Below, piece by piece: positions 7,733 to 15,224 of a stretch of 21,243 nucleotides of DNA. Both the position numbers and the translations under genes were made by a program. Position 1 is the first letter of the stretch. Every line of letters starts with the position of its first letter. This stretch comes from a virus (lineage: Duplodnaviria > Heunggongvirae > Uroviricota > Caudoviricetes). Under the pieces are notes generated by a model. The model saw only the letters and a program-made list of their open reading frames with translations. It had not been told where the DNA came from and did not search any database. The stretch lies in the IMG/VR virus record IMGVR_UViG_2698536657_000004, positions 1 through 21,243 of that record; one strand, given 5' to 3'.

Positions 7733-7758
7733 AACGACGCGCCAGCGTCTTTTTTGTT
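7733..7758 (+). terminator. Rho-independent terminator (tR1-like) in the rightward early operon
   Basis: Hairpin gacgc-gcca-gcgtc (7736-7749) followed by ttttttg. Confidence 0.6.
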
Positions 7759-7783
7759 GTCAGTGCCTGCGCACACCAGAATT

Positions 7784-7924
7784 ATGGTGGGCTGGGCAGG
7801 GGAACCGAAAGGTTCGCCGGTTTCCTTGATCGCCGGTAGTCTCAACCCTGTCCAGTCCGCCACCAGCGAGATTGAGACCTCCTGTGGTGGATATTGTCAT
7901 TCACCGATCAAGGAGGCTGCCATT
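7784..7924 (+). ncRNA. Candidate structured cis-regulatory 5' leader, copy A, upstream of the second Rha gene
   Basis: 141 nt, aligns without gaps to copy B; nested helices; GAACC-GAAA-GGUUC hairpin at 7802-7815; CCUCC (7878-7882) complementary to the downstream SD GGAGG (7912-7916). Confidence 0.45.
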
Positions 7925-8287
7925 ATGGCTACGATCCCCGCACACCCATACCTCAAAATCGAGGTCGTCAACGGCAGAGCCGTTATATTCTCCCTGTATG
8001 TCGCCTGTCACTTTAAGCGCATGCATAAGAATATCGTCGATCGAATCGAATATCTCAACTGCTCACGCGAATTTCTTACCCGCAACTTTATACCTGGCAC
8101 TTATCGCGCCTATGGCGATTCAGTGCGCGGTTATTACATCACCCGTGATGGTCTGATGATGCTACAGCTAGGGTTAAGTCTGCGCACCATGCGGTACTAC
8201 GAGAGCTGCATTAAAGCACTACATGAGGTTGAAACCTTCCAGGGCCACTCTGCTTTCCGTCGTAATCAACGGGAGGTGCATCAATGA
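7925..8287 (+). CDS. Rha-family phage regulatory protein, divergent paralog (120 aa)
   Basis: Rha-domain start pattern MATIPAHPYLKIEVVNGRAVIFSLYVACHFKRMHKNIVDRI; AAGGAGG 8 nt upstream of ATG 7925; the track ORF extends upstream in frame, alternative start ATG 7784. Confidence 0.55.
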   Translation: MATIPAHPYLKIEVVNGRAVIFSLYVACHFKRMHKNIVDRIEYLNCSREFLTRNFIPGTYRAYGDSVRGYYITRDGLMMLQLGLSLRTMRYYESCIKALHEVETFQGHSAFRRNQREVHQ

Positions 8288-8442
8288 AGCGCCACCAGCA
8301 TATTGATTCTGCAATTCCGGAACGTTACACTGTGAAGGCACCTTATAAAGCGGGTGCCGGGATTGGCGTCCTGAAATTGATTACTGAGCAAAACCGCGCT
8401 CATGCGGTTTTTTCGTACCATGAGCATTGCTACGCCCAAATT

Positions 8443-8583
8443 ATGGTGGGGCGTACAGGGCCGACTTCGGTCGGGCCGGGTTCGGTAGTCTCCGGTAACG
8501 CCAACCCTGTACGTCTCACCACCTCTGTGATTGGCGTCCCATGTGGTGAGTTTTCTAAAAAACTGACTACCGGGGCTGTCACC
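8443..8583 (+). ncRNA. Candidate structured cis-regulatory 5' leader, copy B, upstream of the third Rha gene
   Basis: Same length and conserved blocks as copy A; hairpin here is CCGAC-UUCG-GUCGG (8461-8474); GUCCC (8536-8540) complementary to GGGGC (8572-8576) at the ribosome-binding region. Confidence 0.45.
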
Positions 8584-9147
8584 ATGACTACTCTCCCAAC
8601 CCTCGTTCAACCTGAAATTGCCATTGTTAATGGGCAGGCTGTTACAACTTCATTGGCTGTTGCCGACTTCTTCTCCAAACGTCATGACGATGTTCTGAAA
8701 AAGATCCGTATCTTGGATTGTTCGTCAGAGTTTTGTGCCCGCAATTTTGCGGAGACATCGATTTCGCTAAATCAACCGAATGGTGGTACACGCAAACTTC
8801 CCTGCTACCAAATAACCCGCGACGGTTTTGCGTTTCTTGCTATGGGCTTCACTGGTAAACGTGCAGCCCGGTTTAAAGAGGCATACATCAATGCTTTTAA
8901 CCAGATGGAGAGAAGCTTATCAGGAGCTGGCGCGGCTGACATGTCATCTGTCGCACAAAATGCCAGAGGCGTATACCTGCATTTGCGTGAAATCCATCAA
9001 ATCTGGAAAAGCCAGCTTTATCCCATGCTTAAGGCCGTTGAATCTCCGCTGGCTAGCAAACTGTACGACCGTGTAGGTGATGCTGTTTTTGGGGCCGCAC
9101 TTGTTGATTCCAGACTGAACGGTTCTGACAAGGAGGTGCGCCCATGA
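8584..9147 (+). CDS. Rha-family phage regulatory protein (187 aa)
   Basis: Canonical Rha-domain pattern IAIVNGQAVTTSLAVADFFSKRHDDVLKKIRIL...YQITRDGFAFLAMGFTGKRAARFKEAYINAFNQME; start placed at ATG 8584, alternative in-frame ATG 8443. Confidence 0.65.
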   Translation: MTTLPTLVQPEIAIVNGQAVTTSLAVADFFSKRHDDVLKKIRILDCSSEFCARNFAETSISLNQPNGGTRKLPCYQITRDGFAFLAMGFTGKRAARFKEAYINAFNQMERSLSGAGAADMSSVAQNARGVYLHLREIHQIWKSQLYPMLKAVESPLASKLYDRVGDAVFGAALVDSRLNGSDKEVRP

Positions 9148-9368
9148 TTCGCCGCGTCGTTAATTTCCTGTATCACCGATACAACCGTTGCCCCCGTGTG
9201 GGGCAGTGGTTCACCACCAGCAACGGACACGTTCTGCGGGTTTGCCTGGTTAATACAGAAAGCCAGAAGGTTGTCTGTCAGGTTCAGGGGCGTACTCATA
9301 CCCTGAGTTATCCGCTGGTGGCGTTTCAGTCCGGAAAAATGTTTAAGCGTCTGGGAGGTGCCGTGTGA
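9144..9368 (+). CDS. Hypothetical protein (74 aa)
   Basis: AAGGAGG 7 nt upstream; ATG overlaps the upstream stop (ATGA). Confidence 0.6.
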   Translation: MIRRVVNFLYHRYNRCPRVGQWFTTSNGHVLRVCLVNTESQKVVCQVQGRTHTLSYPLVAFQSGKMFKRLGGAV

Positions 9369-9691
9369 TTTGTAAATTAACGCCTGAAAAAAAAGCGCTC
9401 AATAAGAGTTCAAGGCTGCTTTTATCTTATTTGCAAAATGCTTCAGGTGAGCAGGGTTTTGTGGAAATTTCTCTTCTGGAATTGTCCGCAGCTCTTGGCT
9501 TATGCCGTAACACAATCACAAACGCTACGGCATTACTCGAAGATCTTGGCGTTGTCACTGTTTCCAGGGGGAGAAGGAATAAAACGAAAAGTGGAAAGGA
9601 AAGTGCAGGGAAAAATATTTACAGGTTGATCCAGTCAGCGACCAATAATAAGGACTACGCCATAGTCATGCCGCGTAAGGAGGTCGTATGA
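9365..9691 (+). CDS. Helix-turn-helix DNA-binding protein (108 aa), possibly replication-associated
   Basis: HTH segment LLELSAALGLCRNTITNATALLEDLGVV; GTG start overlapping the upstream stop (GTGA) with SD gggagg; sits directly upstream of the replication genes. Confidence 0.6.
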   Translation: MICKLTPEKKALNKSSRLLLSYLQNASGEQGFVEISLLELSAALGLCRNTITNATALLEDLGVVTVSRGRRNKTKSGKESAGKNIYRLIQSATNNKDYAIVMPRKEVV

Positions 9692-10680
9692 GTCGTTACG
9701 CTCCTACACCGGAGGTTATGGCTATTGGTCAAATTAATATTTCCGGCAATGTCACACCGCCATCCTGGTGGAAACATATCCAGCTACCCAGTGGGCGTCC
9801 AGATGCGACTGCCATTGCGCTGCTTTCAGAGATTGTTTACTGGTATCGCCCGACAGAAGTCAGGGATGAGCATACAGGGGCTTTACTGGGATATCGCAAG
9901 CGTTTTCAGAGTGACAAGCTGCAAAGAAGCTATCAGGCGTTTGCTGAGCAGTTTGGCTTTGGGAAAAGGGAAACCGCAGATGCGCTGAAGCGTCTTCGTG
10001 ATGCCGGGTTTATTACTCTGGATTTACGCACGGTGGAAATGCTCGATGGGGTGAAATGCAGCAATATTTTGTTTGTCGGGATCAACCCACAGGCAATTGC
10101 TGCCATCACCACACCTTCTTCTGTTTCGCCAGAAAGTAACAGCAATAATGCAATCAGCGATACAGCTATTACGTTAAAACGGAACACCCCCCAACGTCAT
10201 AACGGAACAGGGGATACGCCGAATGTTGATACAAATACAGAGATTACTACAGAGATTACAACGGAGACTAAAAACACTATTGGCGCATCCGCTGACGCGT
10301 CTGCACCAGCGCGTTCTGCCAGACAGGAATATTCACCGGAATTTGAGCAGGCCTGGCAGGAATACCCCAAACGTGCTGGTGGTAATTCCAAGTCAGCAGC
10401 TTTCAAAGCCTGGAAAGCCCGAATCAGGGAAGATGTGACACCAGAAACCATGCTCAACGGTGTGAAACGCTATGCCGCCTGGGTGCGTGTCTCAGGAAAT
10501 ATCGGCACCCAGTTTGTGAAGCAGGCGTCGACGTTCTTTGGCCCCGATAGACACTTTGACGAATCCTGGCAACAGCCTGCCGTTCCCGGAGGTGGGCGGC
10601 AAAGACAGGTCGATGTTCTGTCTGGCCTTGGTGCCATGTCTGACAAATTCGGTAAATCCAGCGACAAACTGACATTCTGA
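9688..10680 (+). CDS. Replication initiation / replisome-organizer protein (lambda O-like), 330 aa
   Basis: N-terminal DNA-binding region and C-terminal conserved phage block EFEQAWQEYPKRAGGNSKSAAFKAWKARI; internal TEITTEITTETK repeat; AAGGAGG upstream of ATG; immediately precedes helicase loader and helicase. Confidence 0.75.
   Translation: MSRYAPTPEVMAIGQINISGNVTPPSWWKHIQLPSGRPDATAIALLSEIVYWYRPTEVRDEHTGALLGYRKRFQSDKLQRSYQAFAEQFGFGKRETADALKRLRDAGFITLDLRTVEMLDGVKCSNILFVGINPQAIAAITTPSSVSPESNSNNAISDTAITLKRNTPQRHNGTGDTPNVDTNTEITTEITTETKNTIGASADASAPARSARQEYSPEFEQAWQEYPKRAGGNSKSAAFKAWKARIREDVTPETMLNGVKRYAAWVRVSGNIGTQFVKQASTFFGPDRHFDESWQQPAVPGGGRQRQVDVLSGLGAMSDKFGKSSDKLTF
10237..10271 (+). repeat. 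Three tandem 12-bp direct repeats (tacagagattac, third degenerate) inside the O-like gene; candidate origin iterons
   Basis: Directly visible repeat; lambda places its ori iterons inside O. Confidence 0.3.
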
Positions 10681-10690
10681 GGTGACCACG

Positions 10691-11569
10691 ATGATGGCGG
10701 CTAACCAGCGTGAAAAACAAACAAGACTACAGGCGCGAATGGATGAACTACGGTCTGAGATGGCGTTTGCGAAGTCAGGGGAAAAACCATGGCCTTATCG
10801 TTCATGCCTGATACGAGAAGGACGTGGATATTGCGAAAAACATGGCGAATATCACACGCATACTCTTGTGTGGGGTGATCGTAATGGCGAGGACAGAGAG
10901 AAAGTCTCACGTTGCCCAGATTGTCTGAGTGCTGAAATAAACGATGTGATGATGGAGTTGTCGTCCCTGAAGGCGGAAGAACTGACTGATAACGCCGGAA
11001 TTGCCCTGCGTTTTCGGGACTGCGAGTTTGATAATTATCTGGAGGTTAATCCTGACGCAGCCAGAAATCTTGCGGCCTGTCGCCGTTATGCGGAGAACTG
11101 GCCGGATATGCTGGAGAACGGTACCAGTCTTGTTATGACCGGCAGTTGCGGCACCGGGAAAAATCATCTGGCGGTATCAATGACAAAACATATCATCCGC
11201 AACTATCTCGCCAGTGTTGAGATTACTGACGTGATGCGTCTTACCCGCGCGGTGAAAAACTGCTGGCGGAATGACAGTGAAAAAACAGCGGATGACGTCA
11301 TTGAGCATTATGCGTCACTGGATTTGCTGATTATCGACGAAGTCGGTGTTCAGTTTGGCAGTGTGGCTGAAATGGCCATTTTGCAGGAAATCATCAATGC
11401 CCGCTACGAAAGTATCTTGCCCACCATTCTGATTAGTAACCTTTCACCGGAAGAGTTGTGGGCGTTCATCAGTCCCCGAATTGCCGACAGGATCACCGAT
11501 GGCGGGCGCAACTGGTTGTCGTTTAACTGGGCCAGCTACCGTTCTCGTATCGGAGGTGTGGCCGCATGA
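10691..11569 (+). CDS. DnaC/IstB-like AAA+ helicase loader with N-terminal Cys/His cluster
   Basis: Walker A GSCGTGKNHLAVS, Walker B LLIIDEVG; N-terminal C-x9-C-x2-H-x3-H...C-x2-C; SD gaggtga 5 nt upstream of ATG 10691. Confidence 0.85.
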   Translation: MMAANQREKQTRLQARMDELRSEMAFAKSGEKPWPYRSCLIREGRGYCEKHGEYHTHTLVWGDRNGEDREKVSRCPDCLSAEINDVMMELSSLKAEELTDNAGIALRFRDCEFDNYLEVNPDAARNLAACRRYAENWPDMLENGTSLVMTGSCGTGKNHLAVSMTKHIIRNYLASVEITDVMRLTRAVKNCWRNDSEKTADDVIEHYASLDLLIIDEVGVQFGSVAEMAILQEIINARYESILPTILISNLSPEELWAFISPRIADRITDGGRNWLSFNWASYRSRIGGVAA

Positions 11570-12966
11570 CCAGCCAGAACACCCCGGCATGGCGTAACGA
11601 TGACCTGGAAGGTGCAGTGATTGGCGCGTTTTTTCTGCGTGGGGCTGATCCGGAAGTGATGGATATTCTGGCCACGCTTCCGGCGGATGTCTTTTTCGTG
11701 CGTCAGTACCGGGATATTTACACGGGGATCTGCAGACAGGCCCGTGTATCCGGCGTCATTGACCCCGTGCTGTTGTGCAATGAGATGCCGGAGCTTGCCC
11801 CGGTGATTACCGACACCGGTCGTAAAACCTGGGTGAAGTCTTCACTGGAGCACTATGTTGCAGCGCTGCGGCGAAATGCCGCACTGCGCGATGCAGAAAA
11901 AACACTGACCGAAGCATTACAGAATTTACGTGATGCGCATACCTGTGAAGCAGCCGAGGATGCCCTGAAGGATGCGCAGAACATGATGGCCACACTGTCG
12001 ACAGGAAAGGGCGTCATTCAGCCGGTTCACATTGATGATGTCCTTCCGGAAGTGGTCAACCGTGTTGAATTCCGCAGTCAGGGACTGGAGAAATCCAGGG
12101 CGCTGATGACTGGTATTGATGAACTGGACGCAAAAACGGGAGGTATGGAACCAGGCGACCTGGTATTCATTGCGGCTCGTCCTTCGATAGGGAAAACCGA
12201 ACTTGCGCTGGACATCATCGACAAGGTGACTGAGCAGGGGCATGGCGTGCTTCTGTTCACCATGGAGATGGCGAACATCCAGATTGGTGAACGTATGGTG
12301 TCTGCTGCCGGGGGAATGCCGGTATCCCGTCTTAAATCTGTTGCCCGTTTTGAAGATGAAGACTGGGCGCGTTTCTCTCAGGGAGTGGGACGAATGACGG
12401 GGCGTAATATCTGGATGGTGGACCAGGCAAACCTGACCATTGATGAGATATGTGCAACCACGAGGCACCACCGGATGAAACACCCGGAAACGGCGCTGGT
12501 GGTGGTCGATTACCTCGGCCTGATTAAAACCCGTAGTACCGGACGTCACGACCTTGCCGTGGGGGAAATCTCAAAGGGACTTAAAAGCCTGGCAAAATCC
12601 GGCGGTTTCCCGCTGATAGCGCTGAGCCAGCTCTCTCGCGGCGTGGAATCCAGACCCAATAAACGCCCCATGAACTCGGACCTGAAAAACTCCGGGGAAA
12701 TAGAGGCGGATGCAGACATCATTCTGATGCTTTACAGGGATGAGGTGTACAACCCGGACACACAGGCGAGAGGCATAGCAGAAATCAACATCACGAAACA
12801 GCGTAATGGCACGCTGGGTACCATTTACCGGCGTTTTCATAACGGGCATTTTCTGCCTGTGGACCAGGAGAGTGCCCGGGTTCTCTCCACTCCCATGACG
12901 CCGGGCAATCCGCGCAGATACAGCAATAACCGCATGCCGGGCAGTAAAAATGGGCGTTTATTTTGA
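11566..12966 (+). CDS. DnaB-family replicative helicase (466 aa)
   Basis: Walker A ARPSIGKTELALD; DnaB-like C-terminal blocks (LSQLSRGVESRPNKRPMNSDLKNSGEIEADADIILMLYRDEVYNP); ATG overlaps the upstream stop (ATGA) with SD ggaggtg. Confidence 0.85.
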   Translation: MTSQNTPAWRNDDLEGAVIGAFFLRGADPEVMDILATLPADVFFVRQYRDIYTGICRQARVSGVIDPVLLCNEMPELAPVITDTGRKTWVKSSLEHYVAALRRNAALRDAEKTLTEALQNLRDAHTCEAAEDALKDAQNMMATLSTGKGVIQPVHIDDVLPEVVNRVEFRSQGLEKSRALMTGIDELDAKTGGMEPGDLVFIAARPSIGKTELALDIIDKVTEQGHGVLLFTMEMANIQIGERMVSAAGGMPVSRLKSVARFEDEDWARFSQGVGRMTGRNIWMVDQANLTIDEICATTRHHRMKHPETALVVVDYLGLIKTRSTGRHDLAVGEISKGLKSLAKSGGFPLIALSQLSRGVESRPNKRPMNSDLKNSGEIEADADIILMLYRDEVYNPDTQARGIAEINITKQRNGTLGTIYRRFHNGHFLPVDQESARVLSTPMTPGNPRRYSNNRMPGSKNGRLF

Positions 12967-13220
12967 ACAACAGAACAATCACTGTTTCACCGGAACAACT
13001 TCGTCGGCAGGCGCAGGAGATGCTTCGTTGTGCTGAACAGATGGAAAAAACGAGCGTGGCAAAAGATACGCTCCGCAAGCAGCTTACTCCGGCGCTTCGT
13101 GATCTGCTGCAGGCAAAACACCGCACACAAAAGGCGGTGGATGAGCTGGTGGATTGCGTGGCGGAACTGGAAGGCCAGGTAAGCCAGTTTGAAACACTGG
13201 TGAAGGAGTTTACTGCGTGA
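12963..13220 (+). CDS. Hypothetical small helical protein (85 aa)
   Basis: Protein-like charged helical composition; start codon uncertain (TTG overlapping the upstream stop, or a downstream ATG). Confidence 0.45.
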   Translation: MNNRTITVSPEQLRRQAQEMLRCAEQMEKTSVAKDTLRKQLTPALRDLLQAKHRTQKAVDELVDCVAELEGQVSQFETLVKEFTA

Positions 13221-13266
13221 TGGCTGAATTTTTTTCTCCTGTGTTCATGCAATATCGGTTGCTGAG

Positions 13267-14262
13267 GTGAACGTGAGAGCACTGCTGACCCCTGAAATTG
13301 CCCCGCGTATGGGGATCGTATTGTTCAGACCCGGTTCAGAGCTGATGCCCCTGTTTATGCAGGGGCGTGTTCTGCTGGAGCCTGAGCCGGAACGTTATTC
13401 ATCTTTCGCCAGTGGTGCTGTTCCGGCGGCATCACAACCGCTGGCGGATGATCCTGCTGTACGGGCCGTGTTCCGCAATGAGGCAGTGATCCGTCGTGCT
13501 GGTGGCGTGGAATGTCTTGAAAGCTGGTTACTTCGTGAAAAGGGCTGTCAGTGGCCTCATTCCGACTGGCACAGCGAGAACATGACCACAATGCGACACG
13601 CTCCGGGCGCAATCCGTCTGTGCTGGCACTGCGATAACCAGTTGCGCGATCAGTTCACGGAACGGCTGGAATCAATGGCAACGGATAACTGTGCCCGCTG
13701 GGTGTTGTCTGTAGTCCGTCGGGATCTCGGTTTTGATGATAACCATGCCGTGACAATGCCGGAACTGTGCTGGTGGCTGATTCGTAATGACCTGGCGGAT
13801 GCCTTACCTGAAAGCGCAGCCCGTAAGGCGCTGAGATTACCGAAACCTGTTGTGCCGTCTGTCACCCGGGAAAGTGACCTTGTGCCTTCGGTTCCTGCCA
13901 CCAGCATCATCCAGGATAAAGCGAAAAAGGTGCTGGCGCTGAAAGTGGATCCGGAGTCGCCGGAGTCTTTTATGTTACGCCCAAAACGTCGCCGCTGGGT
14001 TAATGAAAAGTACACGCGCTGGGTCAAGACACAGCCGTGTGCATGTTGTGGAAAGCCTGCTGATGATCCCCACCACCTGATAGGCCACGGTCAGGGTGGA
14101 ATGGGGACAAAAGCGCATGACCTCTTTGTGTTGCCTTTGTGCAGAAAACACCACGACGAACTGCATGCGGATACTGTGGCATTTGAAGAGAAGTATGGCT
14201 CCCAACTGGAGCTGATATTTCGTTTTATCGATCGCGCGCTGGCGATTGGTGTGCTGTCCTGA
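13267..14262 (+). CDS. Nin-region protein with C-terminal HNH-like Cys/His motif (DUF968-like)
   Basis: C-terminal CACCGKPADDPHHLIGHGQGGMGTKAHDLFVLPLCRKHHDELH; located between replication genes and Q; start codon uncertain (GTG, poor SD). Confidence 0.6.
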   Translation: MNVRALLTPEIAPRMGIVLFRPGSELMPLFMQGRVLLEPEPERYSSFASGAVPAASQPLADDPAVRAVFRNEAVIRRAGGVECLESWLLREKGCQWPHSDWHSENMTTMRHAPGAIRLCWHCDNQLRDQFTERLESMATDNCARWVLSVVRRDLGFDDNHAVTMPELCWWLIRNDLADALPESAARKALRLPKPVVPSVTRESDLVPSVPATSIIQDKAKKVLALKVDPESPESFMLRPKRRRWVNEKYTRWVKTQPCACCGKPADDPHHLIGHGQGGMGTKAHDLFVLPLCRKHHDELHADTVAFEEKYGSQLELIFRFIDRALAIGVLS

Positions 14263-14279
14263 TTTTGTGGAGAAAGTTA

Positions 14280-14672
14280 ATGCGTGATATTCAGATGGTT
14301 CTTGAGCGCTGGGGAGCGTGGGCGGCAAGTGGTAACGCCGGGGTGGACTATTCTCCGATAGCAGCCGGATTCAAAGGTCTTTTACCATCTACAACTAAAC
14401 CTCGCCCGGCCTGCAGCGATGATGACGGTCTTATTATCGAAAACTGCCTTACGCGCCTGAAGAAGAAAAAACCGGACGAGTATTCGCTGCTGGTGGCGCA
14501 TTATCTGCTGCGCATATCAAAAAGGCAGATTGCCAGAACAAGAAAGAAGAGCGAAAAGGCAATACGAATTGAGATGCGGATTGCTGAAGGATTTATTGAT
14601 GGATGTCTGTCGATGCTGGGTGTAAGGCTGGAGATGGACGACTGGCTGCCCAAAAAAGTAAGAAATGATTAG
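14280..14672 (+). CDS. Q: Late-gene antiterminator Q (short Q family)
   Basis: N-terminal MRDIQMVLERWGAWAASG matches remembered short Q proteins; SD ggagaaag upstream of ATG 14280; followed by a strong terminator and the late-region genes. Confidence 0.65.
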   Translation: MRDIQMVLERWGAWAASGNAGVDYSPIAAGFKGLLPSTTKPRPACSDDDGLIIENCLTRLKKKKPDEYSLLVAHYLLRISKRQIARTRKKSEKAIRIEMRIAEGFIDGCLSMLGVRLEMDDWLPKKVRND

Positions 14673-14730
14673 CGCGGTCCGCAAAAAGTATGTCAGTATG
14701 TTAAGAGTGGTTACTTTGCCACACAACTTA

Positions 14731-14756
14731 AACCCGCCGATGAGCGGGTTTTTTGT
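14731..14756 (+). terminator. Rho-independent terminator about 60 nt downstream of Q (candidate tR')
   Basis: Hairpin aacccgc-cgatga-gcgggtt followed by T-run. Confidence 0.65.
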
Positions 14757-14876
14757 ACTCTGATGTTGGCAGTACAGTAAACGCGCTGGTGGCGGTGAAT
14801 ACCTGTCTTTCAGCTTGCTGGTGTTTTCGACAAGAGTTATTGGTGTGTCACGTTAACCGGAAAAGGTAAAAAAGAC

Positions 14877-15074
14877 ATGCTGAAACAGCAGGATATGACA
14901 GAAACCGCCAGAGTGGTGTTTAATGAATTAAGCGTCACCGAACCGGCGACAGTCGGGGAGATTGCGCAGAATACTTACCTTTCACGCGAACGCTGCCAGT
15001 TAATACTGACCCAGCTTGTTATGGCGGGTCTGGCAGACTATCAGTTCGGTTGTTACAGACGCCTTCAGTCCTGA
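14877..15074 (+). CDS. Hypothetical small protein (65 aa), winged-helix-like
   Basis: ORF with its own terminator overlapping the stop codon; weak SD. Confidence 0.45.
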   Translation: MLKQQDMTETARVVFNELSVTEPATVGEIAQNTYLSRERCQLILTQLVMAGLADYQFGCYRRLQS

Positions 15075-15086
15075 AGGCTTTTTTAT
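15061..15086 (+). terminator. Rho-independent terminator
   Basis: Perfect hairpin gccttcag-tc-ctgaaggc followed by tttttt. Confidence 0.65.
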
Positions 15087-15224
15087 TTGTGGTAAATGGG
15101 CGGCTGGTGGGTGTTAGGGGCACTCACCAGCCATCTGCTCATGCGTCTGGATCACAAGCAAACCTCAGGCCCACTGCTTTGCGCGAAAGCAGAATGAGCC
15201 TATCAGAGACAGGCTTAATGATCC

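Noticed and set aside
7757-7785. Promoter-like TTGTCA-17-AATTAT overlapping the start of leader copy A
   Set aside because: The equivalent position in copy B has no -35-like hexamer, so the conserved AATTATGGTGGG block is more likely part of the RNA element; not excluded for copy A.
7439-8287. Long track ORF (282 aa) spanning the region upstream of the second Rha gene
   Set aside because: Its N-terminal 160 residues are Cys-rich and not protein-like; a better small ORF lies in another frame; a terminator sits inside it; and the true Rha start at 7925 has a strong SD. Only the C-terminal part is kept as a gene.
8284-9147. Track ORF start at 8284 for the third Rha gene
   Set aside because: The upstream 300 nt contains the conserved leader element and lacks a ribosome-binding site; the Rha domain begins right after ATG 8584. 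The in-frame ATG at 8443 is retained as an alternative.
11807-13612. Minus-strand ORFs inside the DnaB-family and DUF968-like genes (for example 11926-12549, 12791-13282, 13355-13612)
   Set aside because: Antisense shadows of well-supported plus-strand genes; Arg/His/Ser-rich composition typical of GC-rich antisense frames.
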